In this document: in pieces, positions 1 through 9,674 of the stretch
Layout of the letters: each line of letters opens with the position of its first letter
Numbering within the stretch: the stretch's first letter is position 1
From: Desulfobacterales bacterium
GTDB lineage: Bacteria > Desulfobacterota > Desulfobacteria > Desulfobacterales > UBA2174
Direction: 5' to 3'
Length of the DNA: 64,000 nt
Assembly (NCBI GenBank): GCA_963668645.2
Contig: CAXXWC010000003.1
Location: 192,001-256,000, forward strand
The notes under the pieces: generated by a model
What the model saw: only the letters and a program-made list of their open reading frames with translations
Databases searched by the model: none
Told to the model about the DNA's origin: nothing
Program-made: the position numbers and the translations under genes

Positions 1-802
1 TACCCCTGCATTGCGGATAATCGGAGCAACCCCAGAACCGGGTGCCGGCGTTTTTCCCGTAGCGGGCGGTTCGTTGCTTCATGGGCCGGCCACACTTGGG
101 GCAAACCGGGGGTTGGGTCGGATCGGCCTGATCGGACTGATCCGTCGGATCGGACCGATCGGAAGACAGTTTATTGCAACGCCGCTCGGCCAGGCGGGCC
201 GCCAGGAGATTTTCGCGATAGCCGCCCTTTTCGATAACGGCCCGTTCCAGAGCCGTAATCTGGCGGTCCAAAAGAAAGTTAGCCTGGTGGATCAGGCAGA
301 TCAGGGTATTGGCGACGATGGCCGGATCGGGATTTTCCAGCCAAAAGGCGTATTTGGAATAATCGGAGGCATCCGACGGATCGGTCGCATCCGTCGGATC
401 AGACATGATTTTGCCCAAACACCGCACTTCCGAGGCCTCCGGGCCGTCCTTGGCCCATTGGGGAAGATGGCGCTGGCGCAGGAAATCTTCATAATCCAGC
501 AGCAGTTCATCCAGGCTGGCACGGGCCACATTGGTCAGGCGGATTTCAGAGGCGCTGCTGGTCGCTCCGGCACGGCTTCCTTCGGCGATGTTTTGCCGGC
601 CGCTACGTGCCGCTTGCACCATCTGGTCGTGGGTGCGCGAGCGCGGATCGACAAACCTTCGGCAAAAGGAGATTGTCCCATCGTAGATGATGGTTGCCGT
701 TTGAAAACTGCGCAGCTTGCGGTATCCGCCGCCGGCCCTCAAACGCTGCGGTCGATCTTTCCGGTCCGGCCGGCCTTTTATCGTCGGTCCGTCGGGCGAC
801 AC
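1..802 (-). CDS. Four-helix-bundle protein with suffix domain and C-terminal topoisomerase-type C4 zinc ribbon (3' end runs off the window)
   Basis: Manual translation of minus strand from GTG at 802: GGYRKLRSFQTATIIYDGT...DQMVQAARSGRQNIAEGS...LTNVARASLDELLLDYEDFLRQR...VCPKCGRPMKQR...FWGCSDYPQCRG; no stop before base 1, so absent from the ORF track. Confidence 0.85.
   Translation of the reverse strand, partial: MSPDGPTIKGRPDRKDRPQRLRAGGGYRKLRSFQTATIIYDGTISFCRRFVDPRSRTHDQMVQAARSGRQNIAEGSRAGATSSASEIRLTNVARASLDELLLDYEDFLRQRHLPQWAKDGPEASEVRCLGKIMSDPTDATDPSDASDYSKYAFWLENPDPAIVANTLICLIHQANFLLDRQITALERAVIEKGGYRENLLAARLAERRCNKLSSDRSDPTDQSDQADPTQPPVCPKCGRPMKQRTARYGKNAGTRFWGCSDYPQCRG
122..166. repeat. 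Degenerate 9-bp tandem repeat x5 inside four-helix-bundle gene
   Basis: atcggcctg atcggactg atccgtcgg atcggaccg atcggaaga; encodes SSDRSDPTDQSDQAD on minus strand. Confidence 0.8.
362..406. repeat. Second degenerate 9-bp tandem repeat x5, same family
   Basis: atcggaggc atccgacgg atcggtcgc atccgtcgg atcagacat; encodes MSDPTDATDPSDASD. Confidence 0.8.
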
Positions 803-1067
803 CCTCGCTTCTCCCTTGTCTATTGGGGATAACGGCTATGGCAAAGTACTGAAGGCCAATTCAAACCGCAAAGACAATCGCAATCAATTGGTTTAACGAA
901 ATATATTAATATTTTTACCTGGCACCGCTTCTTCGGAAAACGGGAAGGTGCACAGGGGCTTCAATCCTCCTTTGACGGAATTTTCAAAAAGGCTACCACA
1001 TGACTTTGTCAGATCAGGACAAAACCGAGGGGAAAAAAGTCATGGCTTGTTTTTTTGGGGGCTTGAT

Positions 1068-2147
1068 TTACCCTCTGCTCCCTTCGTGCCAAAGAGATAT
1101 GTTCTCCGCCGTACGGCTTTCGATTTGCGAGTCCCCCACATCCTGGACCTCCTCCAACGGTTCAGGCCCGTATTGGCGCAAGGCTTCAACCATATCCCGG
1201 CGTACCGCCTCGCGCAGCTCGACCGGCGCCGCCACATAGGCCTCGGGGCCCAGACTCAGCACCCACTGCTTGATCTCATCAAGGCCGGCCACCCGAAAGG
1301 CGATCTCGATGCCGCCATCGATCTGCTTCTGGATCGACTGGCTCGCATGCCAGATCCTTCCGGCGACGTACCTCGCCCAAGCCGGGCTGATACGGATACG
1401 CACCGCGTAAATCTCGTCGCTCATCACCTTGAAGCTGTTTTTGACAAAATCCACGAAACGGAAGGTATCCGGAATTGTGAAAAAATCATCGGTGGACTGA
1501 AGCAGACTTATACGGTCCACTGCGAAAATGCGAACCGCCGCGCGCAGATGGCAGTAAGCCACTAGGTAGATGGTGCCGTCCTGATACCAGACCTTGTATG
1601 GGTCGATACGCCGGCGAACCCGTTCGCTGTCGCGCAGGCCCTGGTAGGCGATCTCCAAGGTGCGTTTCTCCACGGCGGCCGCCGCCACCTGGCTGACGAT
1701 GCCCGCATGGCGGCCATGATCGCGGCAGGGGCCGAGGCCGGCGCAAACGGCATCCTTCAATCGGGCAAGGTAGTCACGCGTCTCGTCCGGCAAACCGGCT
1801 TCGACTTTCTGCAACAGTCCTGACAGCGATTCGTGGAACACCGTTCCCCGCAGCCCGTCCATCATCGCCTCGCTCATCCGCAAGGCCATCAGTTCGGTGG
1901 GTTGCAAGGGCTGATCCACGGTAAAACGGTAGCCTTCCATCAGCCGCCAGCGCTTGCGGCCCCCGACTTTATCGGTATAGATGGGAAACCCGGCCTGTTG
2001 CAGGTCTTCCAGATCCCGGTAGGCCGTGCGCTGGCTCACCCCGGCAAGGGCCTTGATCTGGGCCACGGTGCACCCGGTCCGGGAGGCTTCAAGCCGTCTT
2101 AGAATCCGCCATTGCCTGGAAAGCTGGTCTCCGCGCATGTCCCCCAT
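1068..2147 (-). CDS. WYL-domain transcriptional regulator (HTH-WYL-WCX, PafC/DriD-like)
   Basis: N-terminal HTH (GVSQRTAYRDLEDLQQAGFPI), WYL core (RRRIDPY...IYLVAYCHLRAAVRIFAVDRI), WCX tail (EIKQWVLSLGPEAYVAAPVELR). Confidence 0.92.
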   Translation of the reverse strand: MGDMRGDQLSRQWRILRRLEASRTGCTVAQIKALAGVSQRTAYRDLEDLQQAGFPIYTDKVGGRKRWRLMEGYRFTVDQPLQPTELMALRMSEAMMDGLRGTVFHESLSGLLQKVEAGLPDETRDYLARLKDAVCAGLGPCRDHGRHAGIVSQVAAAAVEKRTLEIAYQGLRDSERVRRRIDPYKVWYQDGTIYLVAYCHLRAAVRIFAVDRISLLQSTDDFFTIPDTFRFVDFVKNSFKVMSDEIYAVRIRISPAWARYVAGRIWHASQSIQKQIDGGIEIAFRVAGLDEIKQWVLSLGPEAYVAAPVELREAVRRDMVEALRQYGPEPLEEVQDVGDSQIESRTAENISLWHEGSRG

Positions 2148-2409
2148 CCTTTTTATAAATCGTTAAACGGCAACCATGCACAGGCTGGTCCAAAATCGGT
2201 GTCTGCCTGGGTGAATCGACAGCTGCCGGCAAAAGCGCTGAAACTTCACTCGCATGGACCATTCAGCCTGTTGAGTTTGTGAAAAACGGCAAGTCCGGAT
2301 CCCTGTCCTGTGGTATACCAAAGAAGTACTGGAAACAATGCCCAACGCGAGGAAAAATTCAGGAAAGCGGCGTTTCCGACAATATTACAGGAAACGGCTG
2401 CGCGATCTG

Positions 2410-2654
2410 CTGCGTTTGTGGCAGGTCAAAATCAGACTGATCGAGGTGATCTATGCTGGAACCCACGAGGCGCATCAACTGCCCGGTGTCGGTCTGACCA
2501 GCGCACGCCACCGAGAGGGGTTTTCCCAGCGCAAGTCGGCCGAGCTGACCTGCATTTCCCAGCGGCACATCTCCGAGATGGAAACCGGCAAACGCACCAT
2601 CGGCAAGGAGCGGGCCAAGGGCACTGGACACCGATTACCGGGGGGTTTCTGTAG
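2410..2654 (+). pseudogene. Decayed RelE-like toxin / XRE-HTH antitoxin pair
   Basis: Toxin-like C-terminus KIRLIEVIYAGTHE overlaps an ATG at 2453 (MLEPTRR); XRE motif ARHREGFSQ...ELTCISQRHISEMETGKRTIGKERAK and tail ALDTDYR/GFL* lie in different frames. Confidence 0.65.
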
Positions 2655-2730
2655 TGGACCATGTACGTTAGGGCACATCATGATCGAGGGCTGCGGCTGG
2701 AAATACGGTTGGAAGCAAATCTTGACGGCA

Positions 2731-2770
2731 TAAAAAAGGGGGCTGCGGAATCAACCGCAACCCCCTGTTT
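2731..2770 (-). terminator. Intrinsic terminator downstream of tRNA-fMet
   Basis: gggggctgcgg-aatcaa-ccgcaaccccc stem with A/T tracts on both sides. Confidence 0.75.
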
Positions 2771-2777
2771 TATTTTT

Positions 2778-2854
<77 letters not shown>

Positions 2855-2867
2855 TCAAAGAAACGAG

Positions 2868-2896
2868 ATAATAAAACCTTGTTGCATGGATGTCAA
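2868..2896 (-). promoter_or_regulatory. Sigma70-type promoter of tRNA-fMet
   Basis: TTGACA-17 bp-TATTAT on minus strand. Confidence 0.75.
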
Positions 2897-3234
2897 GAGG
2901 AGACCAGCTTGCGGAGAATAATTTTTTCCAGTGCCTCTCCGGCCTGGCCGGCCGCAGGGCGCACCAGGATCCGTTTGTGGCGGCTGGCCTGGCCGGAAAC
3001 GATTTCCAGGTTGGACTTGGCAAGGCCCAGAGCCTTGGCCAGAAAGGCGATGCACGCCTTGTTGGCCGCCCCTTCCACCGGGGGGGCGGTCAGGCGCAGC
3101 TTGAGCGCCCCTTCGTGCAACCCGGCCAGTTGGTTCCTGGCCGCACGGGGCTGGACCAGAACGCTGACCACGATGCCTTCGGGCGTGCGATGATAAAATT
3201 GATCCGCGTCGGTCATGAAAGATTTCCCCAGCAA
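2893..3234 (-). CDS. yggU: DUF167/YggU (UPF0235) protein; start may be 3216
   Basis: VLVQPRAARN...LKLRLTAPPVEGAANKACI...EIVSGQASRHK. Confidence 0.9.
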   Translation of the reverse strand: MLGKSFMTDADQFYHRTPEGIVVSVLVQPRAARNQLAGLHEGALKLRLTAPPVEGAANKACIAFLAKALGLAKSNLEIVSGQASRHKRILVRPAAGQAGEALEKIILRKLVSS

Positions 3235-3238
3235 GCCA

Positions 3239-4681
3239 TCAGCTCTGCCGGATCTGCGCGATGACCCGGGAGGCCGAAACCCCCTCGCTGATCGGAATCA
3301 ACGCCACCCGCCCCCCGTGGGCCTCGACCCGCCGGCGGCCGACAACCTGATCGGGTGCATAATTGCCGCCCTTGGTGAGCACGTCCGGCTTGACGATGTC
3401 GATAAGCCGCTCCAGCTCGCGGGTGGCAAATACCACCACCATATCCACCGACTCCAGCGCGCAAAGGGTGCGCACCCGTTCGCGGGCGCTGATCACCGGC
3501 CGACCCGGTCCCTTGAGGGTGCGGACCGACTCGTCGTCATCGATGGCCACCACGAGCAGGTCACCGAGCCGTCGCGAAGCGGCGAACAGATGCAGGTGCC
3601 CGGCGTGCAAAAAGTCGAAGCAGCCGTTGGTCATGACAATGCGCTTTTGCTGGCGGCGCAGTTCAGCCACCCGCTCGCCAAGCTCCTTGAGACCTAAATG
3701 CTTGTGGCTCTGGTCGGGACTCGGGGGCTGGCAAGCCAGGGCCAGCTCCTTGCGGCTCACCGTGGCGGTGCCGACCTTGCCCACCACGATCCCCGCGGCG
3801 CTGTTGGCCAGGGTGGCGGCCTGAAACGGATCGGCGCCGGCCGCCAGAGCCAGGCCGGTCACCGCCAGGACGGTATCACCTGCCCCGGAAACATCGAAGA
3901 CCTGCCGCGCCTCGCTTCGGATGAACCGGGACGCGTGGCCGTGCGCAAGCAGGACCATCCCGTCCGCGCCGCAGGTGATCAATAGCTGTTCCAGTCCGGC
4001 CTCAAGCATGATCTTTGCACCCGCCCGCTCCAGAGTCTCATTGTCGACGATCTCGATGCCGGCGGCCTGGGCCGCCTCTTTGCGGTTGGGAGTGACCAGG
4101 GTGGCGCCGGCATAGCGGGTGTAGTCCGCCCCCTTGGGATCGATCAGAACCGGCTTGGCATGCCGGTGCGCCTCGGCGATGATACGGCCCAGCAGTTCCG
4201 CCGTAAGCAGCCCCTTGCCGTAATCCGAGACCAGCACGGCATCGGCCTGGGGGATCTCGGCGGCCATCCACTCCACCAGGGCTGCAGCGGTCTCGGGAGC
4301 CACGGCCCGCCGGGTTTCCCGATCGATGCGCAGCACCTGCTGGCTTGCGGCAATGATGCGCGTCTTGCGCGTGGTGGGCCGCCCCGCTTCGGCCACCACC
4401 CCGGCGGTGTCGACCCCCAGGTGCTGAAACCGCTCGGTGAGCAGGGCCCCGTGGCGATCGGCACCCACCACGCCGGCCACCGCCACCCCGGCCCCCAGGG
4501 CCACCAGGTTGGCGGCCACATTGCCTGCCCCGCCCAGGGTAAAATCCTCCCGGCGCACCGCCACCACCTGGACCGGGGCCTCGGGGCTGATGCGCTCCAC
4601 ATCGCCCCAGACGTATTCGTCCAGCATCAGATCGCCGATGACCAGCAGCCTGCATTGGTCGAAGGTCGCCACGTCGATCAT
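3239..4681 (-). CDS. hldE: Bifunctional heptose-7-phosphate kinase / heptose-1-phosphate adenylyltransferase
   Basis: GDLMLDEYVWGDVERISPEAPV, DVSGAGDT, NGCFDFLHAGH; start trimmed to ATG 4681, which overlaps the upstream stop. Confidence 0.95.
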   Translation of the reverse strand: MIDVATFDQCRLLVIGDLMLDEYVWGDVERISPEAPVQVVAVRREDFTLGGAGNVAANLVALGAGVAVAGVVGADRHGALLTERFQHLGVDTAGVVAEAGRPTTRKTRIIAASQQVLRIDRETRRAVAPETAAALVEWMAAEIPQADAVLVSDYGKGLLTAELLGRIIAEAHRHAKPVLIDPKGADYTRYAGATLVTPNRKEAAQAAGIEIVDNETLERAGAKIMLEAGLEQLLITCGADGMVLLAHGHASRFIRSEARQVFDVSGAGDTVLAVTGLALAAGADPFQAATLANSAAGIVVGKVGTATVSRKELALACQPPSPDQSHKHLGLKELGERVAELRRQQKRIVMTNGCFDFLHAGHLHLFAASRRLGDLLVVAIDDDESVRTLKGPGRPVISARERVRTLCALESVDMVVVFATRELERLIDIVKPDVLTKGGNYAPDQVVGRRRVEAHGGRVALIPISEGVSASRVIAQIRQS

Positions 4682-5154
4682 GGGTCGCTGCTCCCTGAAA
4701 AATCGGCCGTATTTTCCGCCTCGGCCACCTTGCGGCGGATAAACTCGCGCAAAAAGGCCGGCGGCCTGACCGCCCGCCCGGTGCTGTCGATGCAGGCATG
4801 GCGGGTGTAGCCCCTGGCCACCGGATGCGCCGGGTCTTCGGTATAAAGGGTGTACTCGAAGCGGATCGCGGCCTTGGGCGCCGGGTCGAGCCGGGTTTCG
4901 ATGGCCAGCAGGTCGTCGTAGTGCACCGGAGACAGAAACCGGCACCAGGCCTCAGCCACCGGCAGGGCTATGCCCTCGGCCTCGATGGCGGTATACGGCA
5001 GGCCGAGGTGCCGGAACATTTCGGTGCGCCCCTGCTCGAACCAGCGCAGATAGTTGCCGTTGTAAGCAAACCCCAGCGCGTCCGTATCGCCGTAGATCAC
5101 TCGGCAGTATATGCGATGGCAAAGCATGGAAGAAGGCAACGCGGCATGGCTCAA
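4678..5154 (-). CDS. YbgC/4HBT-family acyl-CoA thioesterase
   Basis: RVIYGDTDALGFAYNGNYLRWFEQGRTE motif. Confidence 0.9.
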   Translation of the reverse strand: MSHAALPSSMLCHRIYCRVIYGDTDALGFAYNGNYLRWFEQGRTEMFRHLGLPYTAIEAEGIALPVAEAWCRFLSPVHYDDLLAIETRLDPAPKAAIRFEYTLYTEDPAHPVARGYTRHACIDSTGRAVRPPAFLREFIRRKVAEAENTADFSGSSDP

Positions 5155-5774
5155 TTGGCCAATATCCCCTCGATGATCGCCTTAAGCTCCGCGTAATCGG
5201 TGGTCACCGGGAACTGGGGAAACTCGTCGATGACGTTTTGTGGCGGCCTGAAGAGCACCCCGTGCTCGGCGGCCTTGAGCATGTTGATGTCGTTGTAGGA
5301 ATCGCCCATGGCGATAACACGGTAGTTCATCGACTGGAGCGCCTCGACGGTGCGGCGTTTGGCATCTGCCTGGCGCAGGTTGTAGTCGCAAATGCGGCCG
5401 GCCGTGTCGATGGTCAGGGTATGGCAAAAGAGGGTGGGCCGGCCCAGCTTGTTCATCAACGGGGCGGCGAACTGCTCGAAGGTGTCCGACACGATGATCA
5501 CCTGCGTCTCACCGCGCAGCCAGTCGAGAAACTCGACCGCGCCGGCCAGCGGCGACATGGCGTCGATGGCGGCGGTGATGTCCTGGATCTTTAGCCCGTG
5601 GCGGTCCAGGATGGCCAGGCGGCGGCGCATCAGCTCGTCGTAGTCGGCGATGTCGCGGGTGGTCAGGCGCAGTTCGTCGATGCCGGTGCGTTCTGCCACA
5701 TTGATCCAAACTTCGGGGGTGAAAACGCCTTCCAAGTCGCTGCAAACGATAAACATGAGCACTCCAAAATGCAA
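5151..5774 (-). CDS. thrH: Phosphoserine phosphatase / homoserine phosphotransferase
   Basis: DLEGVFTPEVWINVAERTGIDELRLTTRDIADYD; GDSYND HAD motif; next to hom. Confidence 0.95.
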   Translation of the reverse strand: MHFGVLMFIVCSDLEGVFTPEVWINVAERTGIDELRLTTRDIADYDELMRRRLAILDRHGLKIQDITAAIDAMSPLAGAVEFLDWLRGETQVIIVSDTFEQFAAPLMNKLGRPTLFCHTLTIDTAGRICDYNLRQADAKRRTVEALQSMNYRVIAMGDSYNDINMLKAAEHGVLFRPPQNVIDEFPQFPVTTDYAELKAIIEGILAN

Positions 5775-5794
5775 AGAACCCCGGCTTGACGGGA

Positions 5795-7111
5795 TTAATC
5801 GCTGTCGTTAGGATCTTCGATACGAATCAACGTGGGCGGCTCGGCCACCACATCCAGGCGCGTAATGCGATCCAGGGCCTTGCGCACCGCTGCTTCTTCG
5901 GCCCGGTGGATAAGCATCACCACCGGCACCGGACCGGTGCTCTGGCGCCCCTTCTGGGTTACGCTCTTGATGCTGATCCCGTGCTCGCCGAGGATTCCCG
6001 AAACAATGGAAAGCACCCCGGGCCGGTCGGCCGCCATGATGCGGATGTAGTAGTGGGTGCGCAGCGTATCCATGGACAGCACCGGGATCGAACGGATCCG
6101 CTCTGGCTGATAGCCGAATAGCGGCACCCGCCTGGGCCCGCCGCAGATCAGGTTGCGGGCGATGTCGACGATATCGCTCACCACGGCGCTGGCCGTGGGC
6201 ATCATGCCCGCGCCCCGGCCCATGATCATCACGTCGCCCGTGGCGTCCCCGGTCACGGTGACGGCGTTGACCGCACCGCTGACGCTGGCCAGGATGTTGT
6301 CAACAGGAATCATGGTCGGATGGACCCGCGCTTCGATGGCGTCGCCCCGGTCCTTGCTGATGGCCAGCAGCTTGATGCGGTACCCGAACTCATCCGCGTT
6401 CTGAATGTCCAGGGGGGTCAGGCGGCTGATCCCCTCGACGTAGACATCGGCCAGATTGACCTGCATCCCGTAGGCCAGAGCCGCCAGGATGGTGACCTTG
6501 TGGGCCGTATCGAACCCTTCCACGTCCAGGGTCGGATCGGCCTCGGCATATCCCTCGGCCTGGGCCGCGGCCAGGGCCTCGGCAAAGGTGCTGCCGTCCT
6601 CGGCGATCTTGGTCAAAATATAGTTGCACGTGCCGTTGAGAATCCCGGTCATCGAACGGATGCGGTTGCCCACCAGCGCTTCGCGCAGGCTCTTGATGAT
6701 CGGCATGCAGCCGCCCACGCTGGCCTCGAAGCCCAGATCGACCCCGCGCTGGTCCGCGGCGCGGCAGATGGCGTCGCCCTGGGCCGCCAGAAGCGCCTTG
6801 TTGGCGGTCACCACCGGTTTGCCGGCGGCGATGGCGGCCATTATCAGATCCTTGGCCACGGTCTGGCCGCCGATCATCTCCACGATGATATCAATGGCCG
6901 GATCCTCCACCAACGAAGGAGCGTCGCTGGTCATCACCCCCTCGGCCAATTGGAGTCCACGATCGCGGTCAACGTCGATATCCGCGATGCGACGCAATTC
7001 GATGCGCGCACCGACCCGCTCGGCGATCAAGTCCGCGTTTTCCAAAAGCAGCCGGGCCACCCCCGTTCCGACGGTGCCGCAGCCCAAAAGTCCGACGCCT
7101 ATCCGTTTCAT
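5795..7111 (-). CDS. hom: Homoserine dehydrogenase with ACT domain
   Basis: GLLGCGTVG, FEASVGG, GILNGTCNYIL, GYAEADPTLDVEGFD, DRPGVL ACT. Confidence 0.97.
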   Translation of the reverse strand: MKRIGVGLLGCGTVGTGVARLLLENADLIAERVGARIELRRIADIDVDRDRGLQLAEGVMTSDAPSLVEDPAIDIIVEMIGGQTVAKDLIMAAIAAGKPVVTANKALLAAQGDAICRAADQRGVDLGFEASVGGCMPIIKSLREALVGNRIRSMTGILNGTCNYILTKIAEDGSTFAEALAAAQAEGYAEADPTLDVEGFDTAHKVTILAALAYGMQVNLADVYVEGISRLTPLDIQNADEFGYRIKLLAISKDRGDAIEARVHPTMIPVDNILASVSGAVNAVTVTGDATGDVMIMGRGAGMMPTASAVVSDIVDIARNLICGGPRRVPLFGYQPERIRSIPVLSMDTLRTHYYIRIMAADRPGVLSIVSGILGEHGISIKSVTQKGRQSTGPVPVVMLIHRAEEAAVRKALDRITRLDVVAEPPTLIRIEDPNDSD

Positions 7112-7130
7112 CGTTGACTCGCTCCCGAAG

Positions 7131-8297
7131 CTACATGATCTTGCGTATACCGCGAATCCCCTGGTTGATGCGCATCTTGTTTTCGATCAGGGCAAAGCGG
7201 ACGTACTCGTCACCATACTCGCCGAAGCCCAACCCGGGGCTGACCGCCACCTGGGCCTCGCGGATGAGAAACTTGGAAAACTCCACCGATCCCATGTGCC
7301 GGTGTTTTTCTGGAATTCTGGCCCAGACGAACATCGTCCCTTTGGGGCTGGGCACTTCCCAGCCGACGCGCCCCAGGCCGCTGATCAGCGCGTCACGCCG
7401 TTCTAAATAGGTATCGCGGATCTCCTGAACGCATCCCTGGTCCCCTTCCAGGGCGATGATCGAGGCGATCTGGATCGGCTGGAAGATCCCGTAGTCCAGG
7501 TAGCTTTTGATCCGCTTGAGGGCGAAAACGATCTCGGGGTTGCCCACGCAAAACCCCACCCGCCACCCGGGCATGCTGTAGCTCTTGGACAACGAGAAGA
7601 ACTCCACCCCGACCTCCTTGGCGCCTTTGGCCTGCAGAAAACTGGGGGCCTTGTACCCGTCGAAGGTCAGATCGGCGTAGGCGAAATCGTGGATCACCAT
7701 GATGTCATGTTCCTTGGCGAAATCCACGATCTTCTGGAAAAAATCCAGATCCACCACCTCGGTGGTGGGATTGTGCGGGTAGCTGATGATCAACACCTTC
7801 GGTCGCGGCCAGGTCTGGCGCGTGGCGTGGAGCAGGTTGTCGAAAAAGTCGTGCTCCGGCCCAACCGGAATCCCGCGCACATCCCCGCCGGAAATGATCG
7901 CCGAGTAGGGATGGATCGGATAGGTCGGGTTGGGGGTAAAGACCACATCCCCGGGCCGGATGGTTACCAGGACCAGATGGCTCATCCCTTCCTTGACCCC
8001 GATGGTGGCGATGGCCTCGGTTTCCGGATCGATTTCCACCGCGTAGTTGTCACGATACCAGTTGGCAATCGCCACCCTCAGCCGGGTGATACCCATGGAG
8101 GCCGAATAGCGGTGGTTGTGCGGCTTTTGGGCGGCTTCGACCATCTTGGCAACGATGTGATCGGGCGTACCCAGGTCCGGGTTGCCCATCCCCATATCGA
8201 TGATATCCTGGCCGGCCCGGCGCGCTTCCATCTTGATCTGGTTGACCGTAGCAAACACATAGGGCGGAAGACGATCGAGTCGGGCGAAACGGGTCAT
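7131..8297 (-). CDS. alaC: Class I PLP aminotransferase (AlaC / LL-DAP aminotransferase-like)
   Basis: RLPPYVF...[28 protein letters not shown]; start at ATG 8297 after GAGGA. Confidence 0.8.
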   Translation of the reverse strand: MTRFARLDRLPPYVFATVNQIKMEARRAGQDIIDMGMGNPDLGTPDHIVAKMVEAAQKPHNHRYSASMGITRLRVAIANWYRDNYAVEIDPETEAIATIGVKEGMSHLVLVTIRPGDVVFTPNPTYPIHPYSAIISGGDVRGIPVGPEHDFFDNLLHATRQTWPRPKVLIISYPHNPTTEVVDLDFFQKIVDFAKEHDIMVIHDFAYADLTFDGYKAPSFLQAKGAKEVGVEFFSLSKSYSMPGWRVGFCVGNPEIVFALKRIKSYLDYGIFQPIQIASIIALEGDQGCVQEIRDTYLERRDALISGLGRVGWEVPSPKGTMFVWARIPEKHRHMGSVEFSKFLIREAQVAVSPGLGFGEYGDEYVRFALIENKMRINQGIRGIRKIM

Positions 8298-8469
8298 GGT
8301 TTCCTCTTCGGGTTGGCGAGGGGTTGAAAATTTTAGTTTTCCGCGTTCGTGGTATTCGCCGGTTGAGGCGTTTACCCCGGGGCCTGCGCTCCGCGATAGC
8401 GGGCGTTCCCGGCCCCGAGACTTCCTGCGGCGGTCGGGCGCAAATCCGTAAAACCGGATTAAGCATGGT

Positions 8470-8537
8470 AAACTACAATAGGCCTCGGGGATTGTCAAAA
8501 AAATTGTTTTGACTTTTACCCGGAAACCGTTTAGTTT
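8470..8537. promoter_or_regulatory. Back-to-back sigma70-type promoters for alaC-hom-thrH (minus) and purM (plus)
   Basis: Minus: TTGACA(8498-8493)-17-TAGTTT; plus: TTGACT(8509)-17-TAGTTT(8532). Confidence 0.6.
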
Positions 8538-8577
8538 CCCTGCGATCTAATAATGTTTGAAATTTCAGGGTATTGTT

Positions 8578-9636
8578 ATGAACGAGGAGATGCGTGAAAG
8601 CATAACCTACGCCGATGCGGGCGTAGACATCGAGAAGGCCAACCGGTTGGTCGGGCAGATCAAGGAGATCGCCAAGAAGACCCACCGGCCTGGAACCATG
8701 GGCGAAATCGGCGGGTTCGGCGGTCTTTTCTCCCTGAACACGGCCAACTACGACCAGCCGGTCCTGGTCAGCTCCACCGACGGAGTCGGCACTAAGCTCA
8801 AGATCGCCTTTATGATGGACCGGCACCACACCGTGGGCATCGATCTGGTGGCCATGTGCGTCAACGACATCGTCGTGCAAGGCGCCCGCCCGCTGTTTTT
8901 CCTCGACTACCTGGCCACGGGCAAGCTGGACAACCGGGTGGCGGCGGACGTGATCCGCGGCATCGGCGAAGGGTGCCAGCAGGCCAAATGTGTCCTGATC
9001 GGCGGGGAAACCGCCGAGATGCCCGACATGTACCAGCATGGCGAGTATGATCTGGCCGGCTTCGTGGTGGGCATCGTCGACAATGCCAAGATCGTCGACG
9101 GCTCGGAGATCCGTGTCGGTCACCGCCTGATCGGTATCGCTTCCGACGGGCTGCACAGCAACGGCTATTCGCTGGTGCGCAAGATCTGCTTCGAGCGGCT
9201 CAATCTCACGGTGGACAGCCATGTGCCGGAACTCGGCGAGCTTCTGGGCGAAGCCCTGCTCAGGCCCACCCGCATCTATTCGGAACTGATCCAGGGACTT
9301 CTCAAAGACCTGCCCATCCACGGGCTGGCCCACATCACCGGCGGCGGCATCAGCGAGAACATCCTACGGGTCATCCCCAACGCCTGCAGCGTGGTGATCG
9401 ATACCGCGACCTGGAAAGTCCCGCCTATTTTCGAGTTTTTGCAGGAAGCCGGAAAGGTGGCCGACGAGGAGATGCGCCGCACCTTCAACATGGGCATCGG
9501 GATGATTGCCGTGGTGCCCGAAGAACGGGCCCAGGAAATCCTCGAACGGCTCAAGGCGATGGACGAGCGGGTCTACCTGATCGGCGAGGTGGTGGCCACC
9601 AAACAGCCGAACAAATCGCGCATGATTTACACGTGA
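8578..9636 (+). CDS. purM: Phosphoribosylformylglycinamidine cyclo-ligase
   Basis: TYADAGVDI, TDGVGTK, GGETAEMP, GLHSNGYSL, AHITGGG, TFNMGIG. Confidence 0.97.
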   Translation: MNEEMRESITYADAGVDIEKANRLVGQIKEIAKKTHRPGTMGEIGGFGGLFSLNTANYDQPVLVSSTDGVGTKLKIAFMMDRHHTVGIDLVAMCVNDIVVQGARPLFFLDYLATGKLDNRVAADVIRGIGEGCQQAKCVLIGGETAEMPDMYQHGEYDLAGFVVGIVDNAKIVDGSEIRVGHRLIGIASDGLHSNGYSLVRKICFERLNLTVDSHVPELGELLGEALLRPTRIYSELIQGLLKDLPIHGLAHITGGGISENILRVIPNACSVVIDTATWKVPPIFEFLQEAGKVADEEMRRTFNMGIGMIAVVPEERAQEILERLKAMDERVYLIGEVVATKQPNKSRMIYT

Positions 9637-9674
9637 CCCGGATCGGCTGAGCAGCCCCCGTTGTGGTAACAACC

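Noticed and set aside
1..802. Diversity-generating retroelement (Avd-like helix bundle plus a lectin domain in the window)
   Set aside because: No reverse transcriptase and no TR/VR pair differing at adenines seen; the lectin is internal and 57 kb away
11..832. 273-aa plus-strand ORF in the track
   Set aside because: Antisense shadow of the minus-strand four-helix-bundle gene, which carries the recognisable motifs
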